From the IMG/VR virus record IMGVR_UViG_2513237302_000002, positions 25,485-89,484 of that record: a stretch of DNA of 64,000 nucleotides; one strand, 5' to 3'. Shown in pieces: positions 11,901-20,512 of this stretch. How positions within the stretch are numbered: the first letter of the stretch is position 1; every line of letters starts with the position of its first letter. Source of the DNA: a virus. Below the pieces are notes generated by a model that saw nothing but the letters and a program-made list of their open reading frames with translations, did not search any database and had not been told where the DNA came from. The translations under genes and the position numbers were made by a program.

Positions 11901-14900
11901 TTAGCAGACGTTCCGTTGAATACAACGTTGCCTTGCATTGCAGAATTAGCTTTAGTTACGCTTGAATGGATTTTGTCCATTTGCTTTGAGAATTCAGCCG
12001 AGTTAGCAATAGCGGGGTGCATTGCCTTATTAAGAGCTTCCATCGGGTGAACGCCAAACGCCTCCAAAGCAACTCCCGCAATAGTTGCAACGTCAAAAGC
12101 ACCACCTAATAAGCCAAGCCCAGCGCCCATAACACCTAAAGCAGATTTACCAATACTGAATACTTTACCCAACTTACCGCCAGCTTGGGCTGATTCCAAT
12201 ATCTTGGCTTTAAGCCCAGCCAATCCATGGGTACTCTTTTCGGTAGCTTTAACGGATTCGGTTTCCATTTCATTAGCCGCTTTTTTAGTTAAGAGTATCT
12301 TATTTTGAGCTTTTTCGCCCTCTTTTAAGGCTTCCGTATTCTTTTTGTGAGCGCTAGTTGAAAGGTCAACATAAGGTGCATCATTAAACGTCTGAACTTT
12401 TGATTCGGCTTTTCTACTCTTGCTAGAACGTTCGCTACCACTTTCACGTTCTAACTTAGGTGCTTTATCAAAATTAATGTATGGCGTTCCATCTGCTTTA
12501 TATTGAATACGTTGTCCCTCATTACGAGCTTCTGCTTCAATACCGAATAGACCACGTACTCTATTGTTAAAATCACCAAGTTTACCACCGTATTGCTTAA
12601 CGGGCTGAACAAACGCATCTAAAACATCACGCCCAGAACGCAAGCCCATAACGTCATTAACAAACGCCTTAACACCTTGACGAGCCAACATAATTGCCCC
12701 ACCAATGGCAGACCAACGAGCAACATTCATCAAGCCTTGATTGTCCGACACTTTAACAGCGACTTGACCTAAGCCGTTCAAAGCGCTAATCATCTGGGTA
12801 ATACCCTCGCGACCACCAGTAAGGTTTTGTAGAAAGGCTTGCCAAGTGTTCTGCAATCCTTGAAGTTGGAATTGAATAGATGGCTTTTGCTTCCCGAATT
12901 CTTGATAAGCCGAACCATGTTTGCCCAATCCAACCTGTCCAACTGAATCATCAGTAGCCGCTTGAACCGTTTTCCAGTTGTCCAACATACCCGTAAATTG
13001 AGCAGAGTGTTCTTTACCAGCAGCATACAATGCAGCATCTTGCTTTTGTTGCTTACTTAAACCTTTCCACTTGCCAGCCAGTTGATTCATAATCTGGTAC
13101 GTTGACTTCATCTTCCCGTTGGAATCTCTTAAATCAACACCAAGACCTTTAAAGAACTTTGCACGATTTTGGTCAGTCTTAGTAACCCCAGCGTTCATTT
13201 TGGAGAAGTTAAGAGCAATAGCCTTAATAGACCGACCAATAACCTCACCACCAGCACGAGTGGCTTCTTGCGCCCCAGTAATCATACCCGTTAATTGGTG
13301 GAATGAAGTCCCGTTAGATGCAAGAACGGCAGCTGATTTACTATACGCTTGACCTAAATCGTCCATTTCAATAGCATGCTTGTTGGAAACTTGGTTCATT
13401 GAGTTGATAATGTCGTCAGCTTTAAGGTGCTTCTTACGATATGAGTTAAGAGGCACAGCCATGTATTTGACCATATCATTAACTGGCACATCACCAACAA
13501 AAGCACCCATAACAGACCGTTTAGCAAGGTAATTAGACTGTTTTAAGTTGTAACCAGCCGTAGCCCATTGTTCAACGGCTTCGGCATATTCTGGCGCTGA
13601 TTTACCAACCGCACTAGCATTCTTAAACAGGTTCTTCTTCCAACGATTTACGGCTTGCTTACCGTCTGGAACAACCTTAGTAACCTTGGTAATAGCACGG
13701 TCAACGTCATTCAGACTTTCAACCGCACCAGCAACCATATAGCCACCTTGTTGGAGTGCGTTAAACACATCAATATTAGCAGTCAATCTACCACGTCTAG
13801 TACGAGAGCCACTTGCTAACTTGTCAAAGTGTTTAGCTTCTTCTAACTGCACTTTTTCGCTTACTCTATCTTTTGCTGGTTTATATTCATTATCAAATGT
13901 CTTGCTAGATAGGGCACGTAGTTTGTTTTCTTCTTGCGCTAATGCACTTACACGCTTGTTGTAGATTTCCGATTCTTGTTGGAATTGGCGGGCTAGACTA
14001 TTATCTTTATTGACAAACTCGCCATGTTCATTTTCGTATTTAACCATGCTAATACGTGCTTGTTGATAATCACGCATTGCTTGCTTGGTTCTACTTAACT
14101 GGTCACGGATTTGTTGTTGACTATGTGCTAAGGCTGTTGACCTGTTAATCTCATCTCTTAACGGTTCTCCACCTCTTGATTCATAGGCTTTGATTTGAGT
14201 ATCAATATCATCATCAGAGTAGCCAGCACCACGACCATGTTCATGAGCTTGTTTCTTATACTGTTCAATCTTGCCATTAGTTTCTTCACGCATTTTAGCG
14301 TAATGCTGTCGAGTTTCTTCATCTTCCGCCTCGTTCTGCGATACAAGATTTTGCAACTCTTTATTACGCAAGTTCTTAATGGCAGTTAAATCAGCTTTAT
14401 ACGCATCTTTTTGAGCTTCACGGTGTTTACGTTCAGCTTGTTCTGCCTCACGCTGTTCCTTGTTCTTCTCACGTTGAGCCTGTTTGCGTTCTTCGTCCTC
14501 CTGTTGATGGATAGCACGATTTTCAGCAAGTTCATCTTGTTTGCGTTTTCGGCTTTCTAAATCTTCTTCCCGTTCTTGACGCTTGCGTTCTTCTCGGTCA
14601 CGTTGAGCTTGTTCACGTTCTTCTTTGCGATGCTGTGCTTCTAATGCTTGGTTTCTAGCATCATCATAAACTAAATCACGAGTATCATAGCCACCAGCGT
14701 TACGATAGCTGTTCCATAACTCATCAACTTGTTGTTTAGCTAGTCCGCTATCTTTAGAAATAGCATCAAGTTGTCTATGCAACTCACCAAGACGATTACC
14801 CCAACGGTATGTTTGCTGGATTGCATTTTCAACAACTTCTGGGTCATCAGATAAGATTGATAACTTTTTAGCTTCAATTTGAGCCTTTTGAGCCTTTTTA

Positions 14901-15427
14901 ACTTCCTTAGCAAGGTCTGCTGTGTTCTTTTTTACCTGTTCCAGTCTAGCGTTACCAACAATGCTCTTGGCAAGGTCTACGTTATTGCCAACACCCTTGC
15001 TGGCTCTTTCCATTTCTTTGCCAAGTATCTTTTCTAATGATTCATTGCCTAGACCATTACCCATACCAGCAAAATTAATTTTGAGCGGTTTCTCCATTAA
15101 CGACCGTAATTTCGTTACCTTTTCGGTAGCTTCGGTCATAATGGAATTAAATCTATTTAAACCCTCATCATTAATTTTAGGAGTAATCTCAAACTCGCCA
15201 TCGGTATTCATACCCTCTTTGAGTTTGTCTTTAAACTTATCTTTGACCTCATCTAGTCCCTTTTCAGCACCAGACAATTTAATGTGTGGGTCAATTTCAA
15301 TTTTAGGTCTAATAGTGGCACGGACATCTTTTAATTTATCCAGTTGCTTTTGGACTTCTTTACTGACATCTTGGATATTACCAAGTTCAACATTAATATC
15401 AATATCAAGTGTTTTTGATGCTGCCAA
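5912..15427 (-). CDS. Tail tape measure protein (TP901-like core)
   Basis: 3171 aa helical/coiled-coil protein; core AEAVEQWATAGY...MNQVSNKHAIEMDDLGQAYSKSAA; hydrophobic Gly/Ala segments. Confidence 0.92.
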   Translation of the reverse strand: MAASKTLDIDINVELGNIQDVSKEVQKQLDKLKDVRATIRPKIEIDPHIKLSGAEKGLDEVKDKFKDKLKEGMNTDGEFEITPKINDEGLNRFNSIMTEATEKVTKLRSLMEKPLKINFAGMGNGLGNESLEKILGKEMERASKGVGNNVDLAKSIVGNARLEQVKKNTADLAKEVKKAQKAQIEAKKLSILSDDPEVVENAIQQTYRWGNRLGELHRQLDAISKDSGLAKQQVDELWNSYRNAGGYDTRDLVYDDARNQALEAQHRKEEREQAQRDREERKRQEREEDLESRKRKQDELAENRAIHQQEDEERKQAQREKNKEQREAEQAERKHREAQKDAYKADLTAIKNLRNKELQNLVSQNEAEDEETRQHYAKMREETNGKIEQYKKQAHEHGRGAGYSDDDIDTQIKAYESRGGEPLRDEINRSTALAHSQQQIRDQLSRTKQAMRDYQQARISMVKYENEHGEFVNKDNSLARQFQQESEIYNKRVSALAQEENKLRALSSKTFDNEYKPAKDRVSEKVQLEEAKHFDKLASGSRTRRGRLTANIDVFNALQQGGYMVAGAVESLNDVDRAITKVTKVVPDGKQAVNRWKKNLFKNASAVGKSAPEYAEAVEQWATAGYNLKQSNYLAKRSVMGAFVGDVPVNDMVKYMAVPLNSYRKKHLKADDIINSMNQVSNKHAIEMDDLGQAYSKSAAVLASNGTSFHQLTGMITGAQEATRAGGEVIGRSIKAIALNFSKMNAGVTKTDQNRAKFFKGLGVDLRDSNGKMKSTYQIMNQLAGKWKGLSKQQKQDAALYAAGKEHSAQFTGMLDNWKTVQAATDDSVGQVGLGKHGSAYQEFGKQKPSIQFQLQGLQNTWQAFLQNLTGGREGITQMISALNGLGQVAVKVSDNQGLMNVARWSAIGGAIMLARQGVKAFVNDVMGLRSGRDVLDAFVQPVKQYGGKLGDFNNRVRGLFGIEAEARNEGQRIQYKADGTPYINFDKAPKLERESGSERSSKSRKAESKVQTFNDAPYVDLSTSAHKKNTEALKEGEKAQNKILLTKKAANEMETESVKATEKSTHGLAGLKAKILESAQAGGKLGKVFSIGKSALGVMGAGLGLLGGAFDVATIAGVALEAFGVHPMEALNKAMHPAIANSAEFSKQMDKIHSSVTKANSAMQGNVVFNGTSAKTTKDIKSLNKELNEAAKNGNQLSKGDWNKFKADFNATAKANGLSVRAHSNNVEVLKDQLNAMRNGSDITSLRQLRSGLNTLNKEERIGSKLNWSKSLQGKLVDSSKAYQNARKKLERQQNQNARYSFNRSYGTKKQREQAQKDLRNRYSTHRALENTDAYQEWAANYDDYSAKVRGQYGKLEGALKAGVFGKSDFATMSNSQLRKVQQAQTVNAQEAARQSMLYKQANDVLAHNGKLTRTQQQALIKMNKGLEGISRDTTQWKPYQKEIFDKMKGRLDKNLSKQQGTLRDVMKSKGMSDSQINKKLKQLDGTGSGYLQVMGSRGASAQLLGVDADYQSIYDKHGQHWYSNMVKQTKTLERSKRKDGSQTATAQAMTMDDGTVNTGMVARLDDLLTQDKKTTKFSRKAGLVDKNGNINLGKFLTSMKGLKGSNDPLGLLANLQDKSWRTQNKANAAEYAKFLKNSGFKASSKEMMSAAKSLAHLDGSKKAFKDDLKSQGFKDKDIAALIKGLGKNAFNGKDDGKGKDGKGDGKGGGKGGNGNHNNNSNSHNNNNHNNNHNNNSNNNSNSHSSGSNSRKNNVWSKLANSQAAKIQAKQFKSWGNAIKGIKNVPKNAGKALKGVTKSVGGFFGKIFKGARGKVETTAQADTRARNARQIEKNLGNKKVNSRQLQNLQKQLSRQQAQQLAKDLSKRNQLTKSAQRKLDNEGKKYKRTPNTTNRQKMTTKPLTASEKKAAERAGKDEEKARQKGRDSVTNTTKAKEKRESNKAIRDAQKQGKEEARAKAKGATQGTSKSKSKSSDSTKSQSNAIKKLQSQMKSLGKGTNKIKVTADTKGATSKIKSLEKSVKSIGKGNHKIKVTANVDGAKSKIKSLEKSVKSIGKGNHKVKVTATVSGKGKITSLKSAIKGIKGRKVKVSASASGTGQVKSLANAIRRVKGKHVPVKANVSGTGQVRALTHAINAVHSKHVTVSAKVSGLGEVRSLQAAINALPSSKSVSINVTKNETHTITERHVKKGKSVAIAPSLPVGGSPLTSASVATGDNAPTVGADDVSAMNGKSLTSYSDSTDNVNEDYWRYMGNELYTGLPLDEQVSKLENAVTTADDDMQKLINISKQRIDNDNKQIAYQKTMQGAYQQQITDMINQLHQYGFTNNGNQITNLNHAKDIHGDNASKVDDLLGKYQSAYQNFSEATKKIDELQTDIWQQSKNQNDYRNTAEQKMVEKLQRSLEMVTTAINNNKNILERQGNSLSDADYKMKLQNSADQVYGDMSAVRQLLAEFNKMSIANFSTKENDNAKNLYDSLTSIRDSIMENLDAIDELKKSMRDTQIQSIIDNLSKYTDNLNDSIDRLKNNVTNLQDGLISGTNYTDLLSSEFDTVNLTQKSAYEKTVDRKIELERALDTALDQFARKNIDRTGQVANAQLQIESQKYADLAEMHNKYVQGFVGNGQAPKIDYNTNLNSDQITVPNTSDSNLEYIKVSKQYQQDMVALKAKYNDEMAKAKTYEEQEAINNEMVYAQLAMQEKVYKGMIDADKKAIEDLKKQAANPEMTTEQLNTINSQITEYEKSMIDAQNNIKDAIKQRFDYEKTLIDKQMDAYKRFSDKMANVVTIADALNLDGKSQATLIGGQFKATYAEYVNYLNVITKLREEMKKYDQGSYEYNQLDTMVKEYSDSLNSMVTSLMDINKNQFEQSLRAIQKEFEKTVNDGMTADQAKFTQDIWYNPAQKELKLEEMRLKIVELEDKTVEKKLQALEQEKTLSKAQADYVDKQLDLALAEQKLKNTENKRDVRHLEKDENGKFQWVYTANQDDVDAARQDVNQAKQALEEAKISNRNDYIQKVEEVVDNIKSGNLTQEEAKSELEQLNNSYKFILQEIPTFRASTTDDILKAFNEYESKNKQILDDYKKDSTIGSSADYQTMMKEFAEQFKAVSADLGEIFGKEIRDALKMPNNILANNNKGAGSMVIQHLNLELPNVSNAQDFAEALKTLPQVARQYVTTK

Positions 15428-15597
15428 AATCTCACCGCCTATCTTGGTTTCTGCGCTTTATACCAATTCAGTGGTTTATTTATTGGCTTTGAAAGGGTTT
15501 TAATAAATAAATGTATACAAGTATTTATTAAGGGTATATAATGTTGTTAAATCAAAAGATTAAATCGTTTTGCATATTACTTTGGGAGGAGTTACAT

Positions 15598-16191
15598 ATG
15601 TTAAGTACAGGTCAATCTATCGTTGTCGCTTTAGTTATTGTTGGCACTTTTGCTATGTTGTTTTATGTTCCTATGATAATGAAGTCTATGTCAGACCCTA
15701 CTAGAGGTTTGAATCAAGAGAAAGTTCATGAATTCGATGAAAAAGCTCAAGATTTCCTAGATGGTTATCAAAAACGCTTGGATTATTCAAACATTATTTT
15801 AGCCGATACTGCCATTTATTTTAGACCAGACATGAGGCGTGATGCTTATGGTGTTTTTCCCTACAACGAGATTGTCGACTATCATATTGCTTATCAGCCA
15901 ACTACAACTACTCGTAGTGGTGCTGGCGGTGCAGTTGTCGGTGGTTTACTCTTTGGCGTTGTTGGTGCAATTGCGGGTGGTTTAGCAACTCGCAGACAAC
16001 TAAATTCAATCAAAGAGTTGACCCTTGTAGTTCACGTTAAGAATTTACCAGCATTTAAAATCAACTTCATTGATGGTGAACGTACTGAATCTATTATCAA
16101 AAATCGTATAACCGAATATGAACAGCTTCGTGCTTATCTTGATAATCACGGCGTTCCCTACACACAAGAAGTATTACCATCATTGCCATAA
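15598..16191 (+). CDS. Membrane-anchored accessory (moron) protein
   Basis: GGGAGGAG RBS before ATG 15598; N-terminal TM helix; glycine zipper GAVVGGLLFGVVGAIAGG; opposite strand to the tail operon; own terminator. Confidence 0.8.
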   Translation: MLSTGQSIVVALVIVGTFAMLFYVPMIMKSMSDPTRGLNQEKVHEFDEKAQDFLDGYQKRLDYSNIILADTAIYFRPDMRRDAYGVFPYNEIVDYHIAYQPTTTTRSGAGGAVVGGLLFGVVGAIAGGLATRRQLNSIKELTLVVHVKNLPAFKINFIDGERTESIIKNRITEYEQLRAYLDNHGVPYTQEVLPSLP

Positions 16192-16194
16192 CTT

Positions 16195-16225
16195 TAAGCT
16201 CACCTTAATTGGTGGGCTTTTTATT
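16195..16225 (+). terminator. Intrinsic terminator between convergent genes
   Basis: AAGCTCACC-ttaatt-GGTGGGCTT followed by a T run. Confidence 0.75.
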
Positions 16226-16229
16226 TGCC

Positions 16230-17255
16230 CTACTTTTTCATCAAATCTTCTACTTCATGTAAGACTTCTGTTTCTTTGACTGGTTCAGTATAGAATCTAG
16301 CCGTAGTATCAATGCTTTCATGGTGTGCTAATTGCTGAGCTAATCGCAAGTCTTTCTGAGCAATCTGGTTAAGTCTACTCTTTCTCAAACAGTGTGGGCG
16401 AAAATCGCCTAATCCAACAATTTCACCAATTTTTCTAATACGCAATGACAAAGCCTGTTTACTCATTCGTTCACCATCACGATTGTAGAAGAATGCGTCT
16501 GTTTCAATGTTGTTTCGTTTACGCCATTCAAGATATTCGGCAATGATTTTCTTGGTATAGTCAGTAAATGGAATATCAACAATCTTGCCACGCTTTTCAC
16601 GAATATCTCTAAACGTATTATTCTCTAAATCAAGATTAGAAATACTCAAACGATATAAAGCCCCAATACGACAAGCACTATCAAATGCAATGTTCCAGAT
16701 TAATTCATCTTGACGGTCGTAAGGGTTGGCAGCATCTTTTGGCTTAGCTAATTCTTTGGTGATTTTGTCAATCTGTTCTTTGTGTAAGAAATAAACAGCA
16801 ATGCGCTTTTCATCTTGTGCGCCTTTAATACGGTCTAGCTTCCCGTCAAAGGGATGCGCTTTAATCATACGGCGCTTAGTAGCCCAGATATAGAAGCTAG
16901 AAACGGCGCTGACCTTAGTGTTAATTACTTTCTTACCATTACCACACTTTTCAGCTAGGAAAGACATATATCCCTCCATAACGTCTAGCATATCTTCGTC
17001 CAAAACATCTTCATCAAGCAGATAGAAGTTGTCCCAATATTCAGCGATATAACACATGAAAATGTTCATGTAGCTGTGGTAAACCTTGTAGGTAGTTTGC
17101 TTTACGTCTGAATTCTGAATTGTCCGACTTCGTAGGTATTTATTATAGACTTTAATGTTTTCTGGATTTACTTGTGCCATACGTGCCTTAGTCGCATAGC
17201 GTACGATTTTACGGTCGGACGTAGTTTGATACTTTAAATCCTCTCGTCTTTTCAC
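16230..17255 (-). CDS. Tyrosine recombinase (XerC/D-like) embedded in the tail module
   Basis: GTG start at 17255 with AAAGGA RBS; full catalytic set SACRIG (R), REKRGK (K), PHCLRKS (H-x-x-R), LAHHES (H), TARFY (Y). Confidence 0.9.
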   Translation of the reverse strand: MKRREDLKYQTTSDRKIVRYATKARMAQVNPENIKVYNKYLRSRTIQNSDVKQTTYKVYHSYMNIFMCYIAEYWDNFYLLDEDVLDEDMLDVMEGYMSFLAEKCGNGKKVINTKVSAVSSFYIWATKRRMIKAHPFDGKLDRIKGAQDEKRIAVYFLHKEQIDKITKELAKPKDAANPYDRQDELIWNIAFDSACRIGALYRLSISNLDLENNTFRDIREKRGKIVDIPFTDYTKKIIAEYLEWRKRNNIETDAFFYNRDGERMSKQALSLRIRKIGEIVGLGDFRPHCLRKSRLNQIAQKDLRLAQQLAHHESIDTTARFYTEPVKETEVLHEVEDLMKK

Positions 17256-17442
17256 ATTATCATTCCTTTGTAATTTATTGTATACAGTTATTTGCCGTAT
17301 TCCATTATTCAAATATTCAATATATAACGGCATATATGTACTCAATTATTTATTGCATATTTGTGTACGTATATACCGTTATATATCATGTACACTTATT
17401 CAAGTATTCAATAAATAACGGTATAATCATATATTTGTATAT

Positions 17443-17955
17443 TTAGCTAATTGTTACTTCAAAGCCCAATGCTGATAGGGCTGATGCTAGTTTTTCTGGT
17501 ACTTGTGCTTGAATACGTGCCCAAGCATACTCGAAATATTCAGAACCAGCGTGCTGAACTAGTCCTCTAGCACCATCATTCAACCAAAGAGGCATCATGG
17601 TATTTTCAGCTCCACCATGAACATTAGTATGAACACCCCATTGAGCAACTCTGCCATCTTCACCAATGACAGGCGGTGATGTACTCATACGGCTACCGTC
17701 CATTTCAATATGAAGATGCTTGCCGCCACCAGTAACAACGATAGCGTCAACTAATTCTTCCGTTGGTGTGTAATAAGCACCACCACCACGCATAGCGGCG
17801 TCTTTCGCTACCGCTTCACGCATAATTTCACTCGCCAAAGCCTTAACTTGACCCTCCATTGCCGAAGTAACAGTATGGTCAATTTTCTGTTTAAGGTTAA
17901 GCAAGTCATCGGGAATATGGACTGTTACCGTGGCAGTACCAGTAATATGAGCCAT
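17443..17955 (-). CDS. Putative tail completion protein (HK97 gp10-like)
   Basis: AGAGGTG RBS before ATG 17955; size, position and YTPTEELVDAI...WLNDG...YFEYA pattern. Confidence 0.5.
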   Translation of the reverse strand: MAHITGTATVTVHIPDDLLNLKQKIDHTVTSAMEGQVKALASEIMREAVAKDAAMRGGGAYYTPTEELVDAIVVTGGGKHLHIEMDGSRMSTSPPVIGEDGRVAQWGVHTNVHGGAENTMMPLWLNDGARGLVQHAGSEYFEYAWARIQAQVPEKLASALSALGFEVTIS

Positions 17956-18045
17956 AAAATCACCTCTAAACGCAAATAGCACAAACAAAGAAAAGACCTA
18001 TTTCTAGGTCAATTCCTTACTTGCGCTATTGTTTTGTACCTTTAT

Positions 18046-18771
18046 TTATTCGTCTTTTTCCGATGCTTCCAAGTCTGCAAAACGAGATGCGACCTTGTTT
18101 TCATATACAGACTTTTGGTAAGAATCTGGGTTCAGAATATCAGCCTGTTTACCATCGTCAGACTGCACTTGTTTTTCTGGCTTTGGTTCAGCTTCTTGTT
18201 CATCATTACCCGTTTCTTGTTCGCTTTCGGCTTTGTCAACTTCTTGCTTTAATTCTTCTAGGTGCTTTGATTGCTCCATGATTTCCTTAATCTGTTCACG
18301 ACCATCAGCGGTTTTGGAAATTTCCTCGATATAGTGTCCCAGCGTTAAATCACTAATTTCTTCGGTATCATTTACCAAACGTTGCAATTGGATATTGTTC
18401 TTGTAACCAATAACCATAAAAGCGTAAACCTTATTAACAATTCCTTGCACAACCGCATTGATTGCTAACAGGTCAACCGTTGGGTTTTCCAAGATTTCGT
18501 CCATTTCTTCTGGAGTAATATCACCTAAATCTAAGTCCGTCAGACGTGGTAATAAGTCTAAAAGGAATGTAGCACCATCTAGCTTTCCGTCATGTTCACC
18601 ATTGTTCCAATCTTGGTCGAAAATCTCAACCAAGTCATCATGTGCCAAGATAAACTCAACATCATCTCTAGTTGGTTCAAAGATTGATACTTGACCAGCG
18701 GAAGTATCAATCACCTTAATAATCTGACGATTTTCTGGGTCATTGTACAAACTTTTTAATTGTACGCTCAT
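18046..18771 (-). CDS. Putative tail assembly chaperone
   Basis: Acidic ~241-aa protein upstream of the tape measure; function inferred from position. Confidence 0.45.
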   Translation of the reverse strand: MSVQLKSLYNDPENRQIIKVIDTSAGQVSIFEPTRDDVEFILAHDDLVEIFDQDWNNGEHDGKLDGATFLLDLLPRLTDLDLGDITPEEMDEILENPTVDLLAINAVVQGIVNKVYAFMVIGYKNNIQLQRLVNDTEEISDLTLGHYIEEISKTADGREQIKEIMEQSKHLEELKQEVDKAESEQETGNDEQEAEPKPEKQVQSDDGKQADILNPDSYQKSVYENKVASRFADLEASEKDE

Positions 18772-18863
18772 TCTTTTCTCACGCTCTTTCGCACGCCTGT
18801 ACCAACTTACATTATAACACAATTCATATATTTTGGTTTAAAATTAAGCCAAAGTAAAGTGAA

Positions 18864-19223
18864 TTATTTTTGTTCTTGATTGTCCTGTGGCAAAGAAGTA
18901 ACAACCGTCTTTTCTTCTGGTTCTTCAACCTTAACAACGGCTGGTTCTTCTGCCTTAGGCTGTTCTTCAACCTTTTCTTCTGGCTTAATAGCGTCTACTG
19001 GCGTAGGGTCAGCGACAACTCCAAGTACACCAAGTAACGTTAATACCGTGTTGATAAGGCTTTGCCATGCTCCAAGGTCGCCATGGAAACGAATCCCAAA
19101 ACAAGCAAACACTTGTTGAATTGCCACAAGTCCCAGACCGATAACTGGAGCAAGCACCTTACCATTTACACTGCCATCTGGCTTAACAAGAACACTCTTA
19201 ACTTTAACAACTAGATTTTTCAT
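18864..19223 (-). CDS. Phage holin
   Basis: GGAGG RBS; two TM segments ending INTVLTLLGVLGVVADPT, typical of LAB phage holins; acidic tail. Confidence 0.8.
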   Translation of the reverse strand: MKNLVVKVKSVLVKPDGSVNGKVLAPVIGLGLVAIQQVFACFGIRFHGDLGAWQSLINTVLTLLGVLGVVADPTPVDAIKPEEKVEEQPKAEEPAVVKVEEPEEKTVVTSLPQDNQEQK

Positions 19224-19227
19224 TTGT

Positions 19228-19503
19228 CTACCCTCCAAGTAGATTAGACGCAAACGCACCAATAACTGCAACCACTACACTGACCACAGCACCAATAGAG
19301 GCTCGAAAAGCCCATTGGGACTGCTCTTTGATTTCTTCAATATCCTTGCCATTTTGTTCGGCTTGACTTTTCGCCTCTTTTGCCAAGACATATGCTTCAT
19401 CCGCTTTGTCTGCTACGTGGTCAACTTTATTGGTGGCAGTTTCGATTTTCGCTACTCTTTGTTGAATATCCATCAACAAGTCCAAGATTTTGTCGGAATC
19501 CAA
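19228..19503 (-). CDS. XhlA-like membrane protein (coiled coil plus C-terminal TM)
   Basis: 91 aa; coiled coil, then QWAFRASIGAVVSVVVAVIG; adjacent to the holin. Confidence 0.65.
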   Translation of the reverse strand: MDSDKILDLLMDIQQRVAKIETATNKVDHVADKADEAYVLAKEAKSQAEQNGKDIEEIKEQSQWAFRASIGAVVSVVVAVIGAFASNLLGG

Positions 19504-19629
19504 ATTACCACCATGCCTAAATACCCAATAATAGGGCGTTCTTGAGTTGCGCTTTTCTTGATAAAAACCGTATTTTATCTTTTCATGCGCACCTCTTAGT
19601 TACACAACATTAATTATTACTTTCCAGTA

Positions 19630-19917
19630 TTACTTTCCAGCGTCATCCGTATGCGTTCCATCAGCCGTATCAGCCTTTGCATCAGCTTCAACTTCGGCAT
19701 CAATTGCATCCTGTTGTTCAAATACATAGTCTTGGAAAGCTGCAATATCCTTACGTACTTCACGCTTATTAGCGTTGTACAGTGCCACATTCGTTACTGA
19801 TTGGTTTACATAATCGCTACCACCCTCAGTAGACAGACTAGCCGTCATACGTACTACCGTAGTGCCGTTAATTTGTGATTCACCAGTCAATGAAGTAGAT
19901 TTCGTCTTTTTAAGCAT
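19630..19917 (-). CDS. Conserved LAB-phage small protein found next to tail fibre/lysis genes
   Basis: 95 aa; MLKKTKSTSLTGESQING...LYNANKREVRKDIAAFQ; AGAGGT RBS. Confidence 0.7.
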   Translation of the reverse strand: MLKKTKSTSLTGESQINGTTVVRMTASLSTEGGSDYVNQSVTNVALYNANKREVRKDIAAFQDYVFEQQDAIDAEVEADAKADTADGTHTDDAGK

Positions 19918-19984
19918 ATGTTTAATACCTCTTTCTAATTATAATATCCTTTAGTTTGATAACAGTTATCAGAAAATTATATGA

Positions 19985-20173
19985 CTATTCGCTCTTTGAT
20001 TGTTCTTGTACTTGCGCTTCCAAACGCTGATTAGCTTCGGTCAGCTGTTGTACCTTTTGCTTCAATTCATCATTTTGCACTTCAAGTTGGCAATTGTTAT
20101 ATTCTGCATTAGCCAACTTATTCAGCAACTTTACATTAATTAATTGGTCTTGATTGGTTTGTTGATTATTCAT
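19985..20173 (-). CDS. Small coiled-coil hypothetical protein
   Basis: 62 aa; overlaps the upstream gene. Confidence 0.6.
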   Translation of the reverse strand: MNNQQTNQDQLINVKLLNKLANAEYNNCQLEVQNDELKQKVQQLTEANQRLEAQVQEQSKSE

Positions 20174-20495
20174 TGTTTGTATCTACTTTCTTTTCTGCAT
20201 CTAAAATATTTACCAAATCTGGGTCTACACCATTTTCAACACATAATTTCTTTTGTTCCTTAATGGCTTCTGCCATAAAGTTTTGTTGTGCATTTTCAAT
20301 CAACATATCATCTTCGTGGTTGATAATTGGCGTACCATCGTCTTTATAACCAATAACACTGTGATAATTAGGCGCACCGCTAGTTTGAATTACTGGTGTA
20401 GAACCATCGCCAGTTAAATACGCCACCATAACTGCAATTACTGTACCATCGGCTTTTTTTACATCCTTTTTAAGAACGACGTTCTTTTCTGTCAT
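20166..20495 (-). CDS. Hypothetical protein (possible fibre chaperone)
   Basis: 109 aa; GAGGGG RBS; directly after the tail fibre. Confidence 0.65.
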   Translation of the reverse strand: MTEKNVVLKKDVKKADGTVIAVMVAYLTGDGSTPVIQTSGAPNYHSVIGYKDDGTPIINHEDDMLIENAQQNFMAEAIKEQKKLCVENGVDPDLVNILDAEKKVDTNNE

Positions 20496-20512
20496 TATTT
20501 ATTCCCCTCACT

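Noticed and set aside
17443..18771. Programmed -1 frameshift in a tail assembly chaperone
   Set aside because: The two ORFs are separated by a spacer with a hairpin and have separate RBSs; no convincing slippery site at the junction
19560..19580. GATAAAA-N6-TTTTATC dyad as a repeated regulatory element
   Set aside because: Only one clear copy seen in the window
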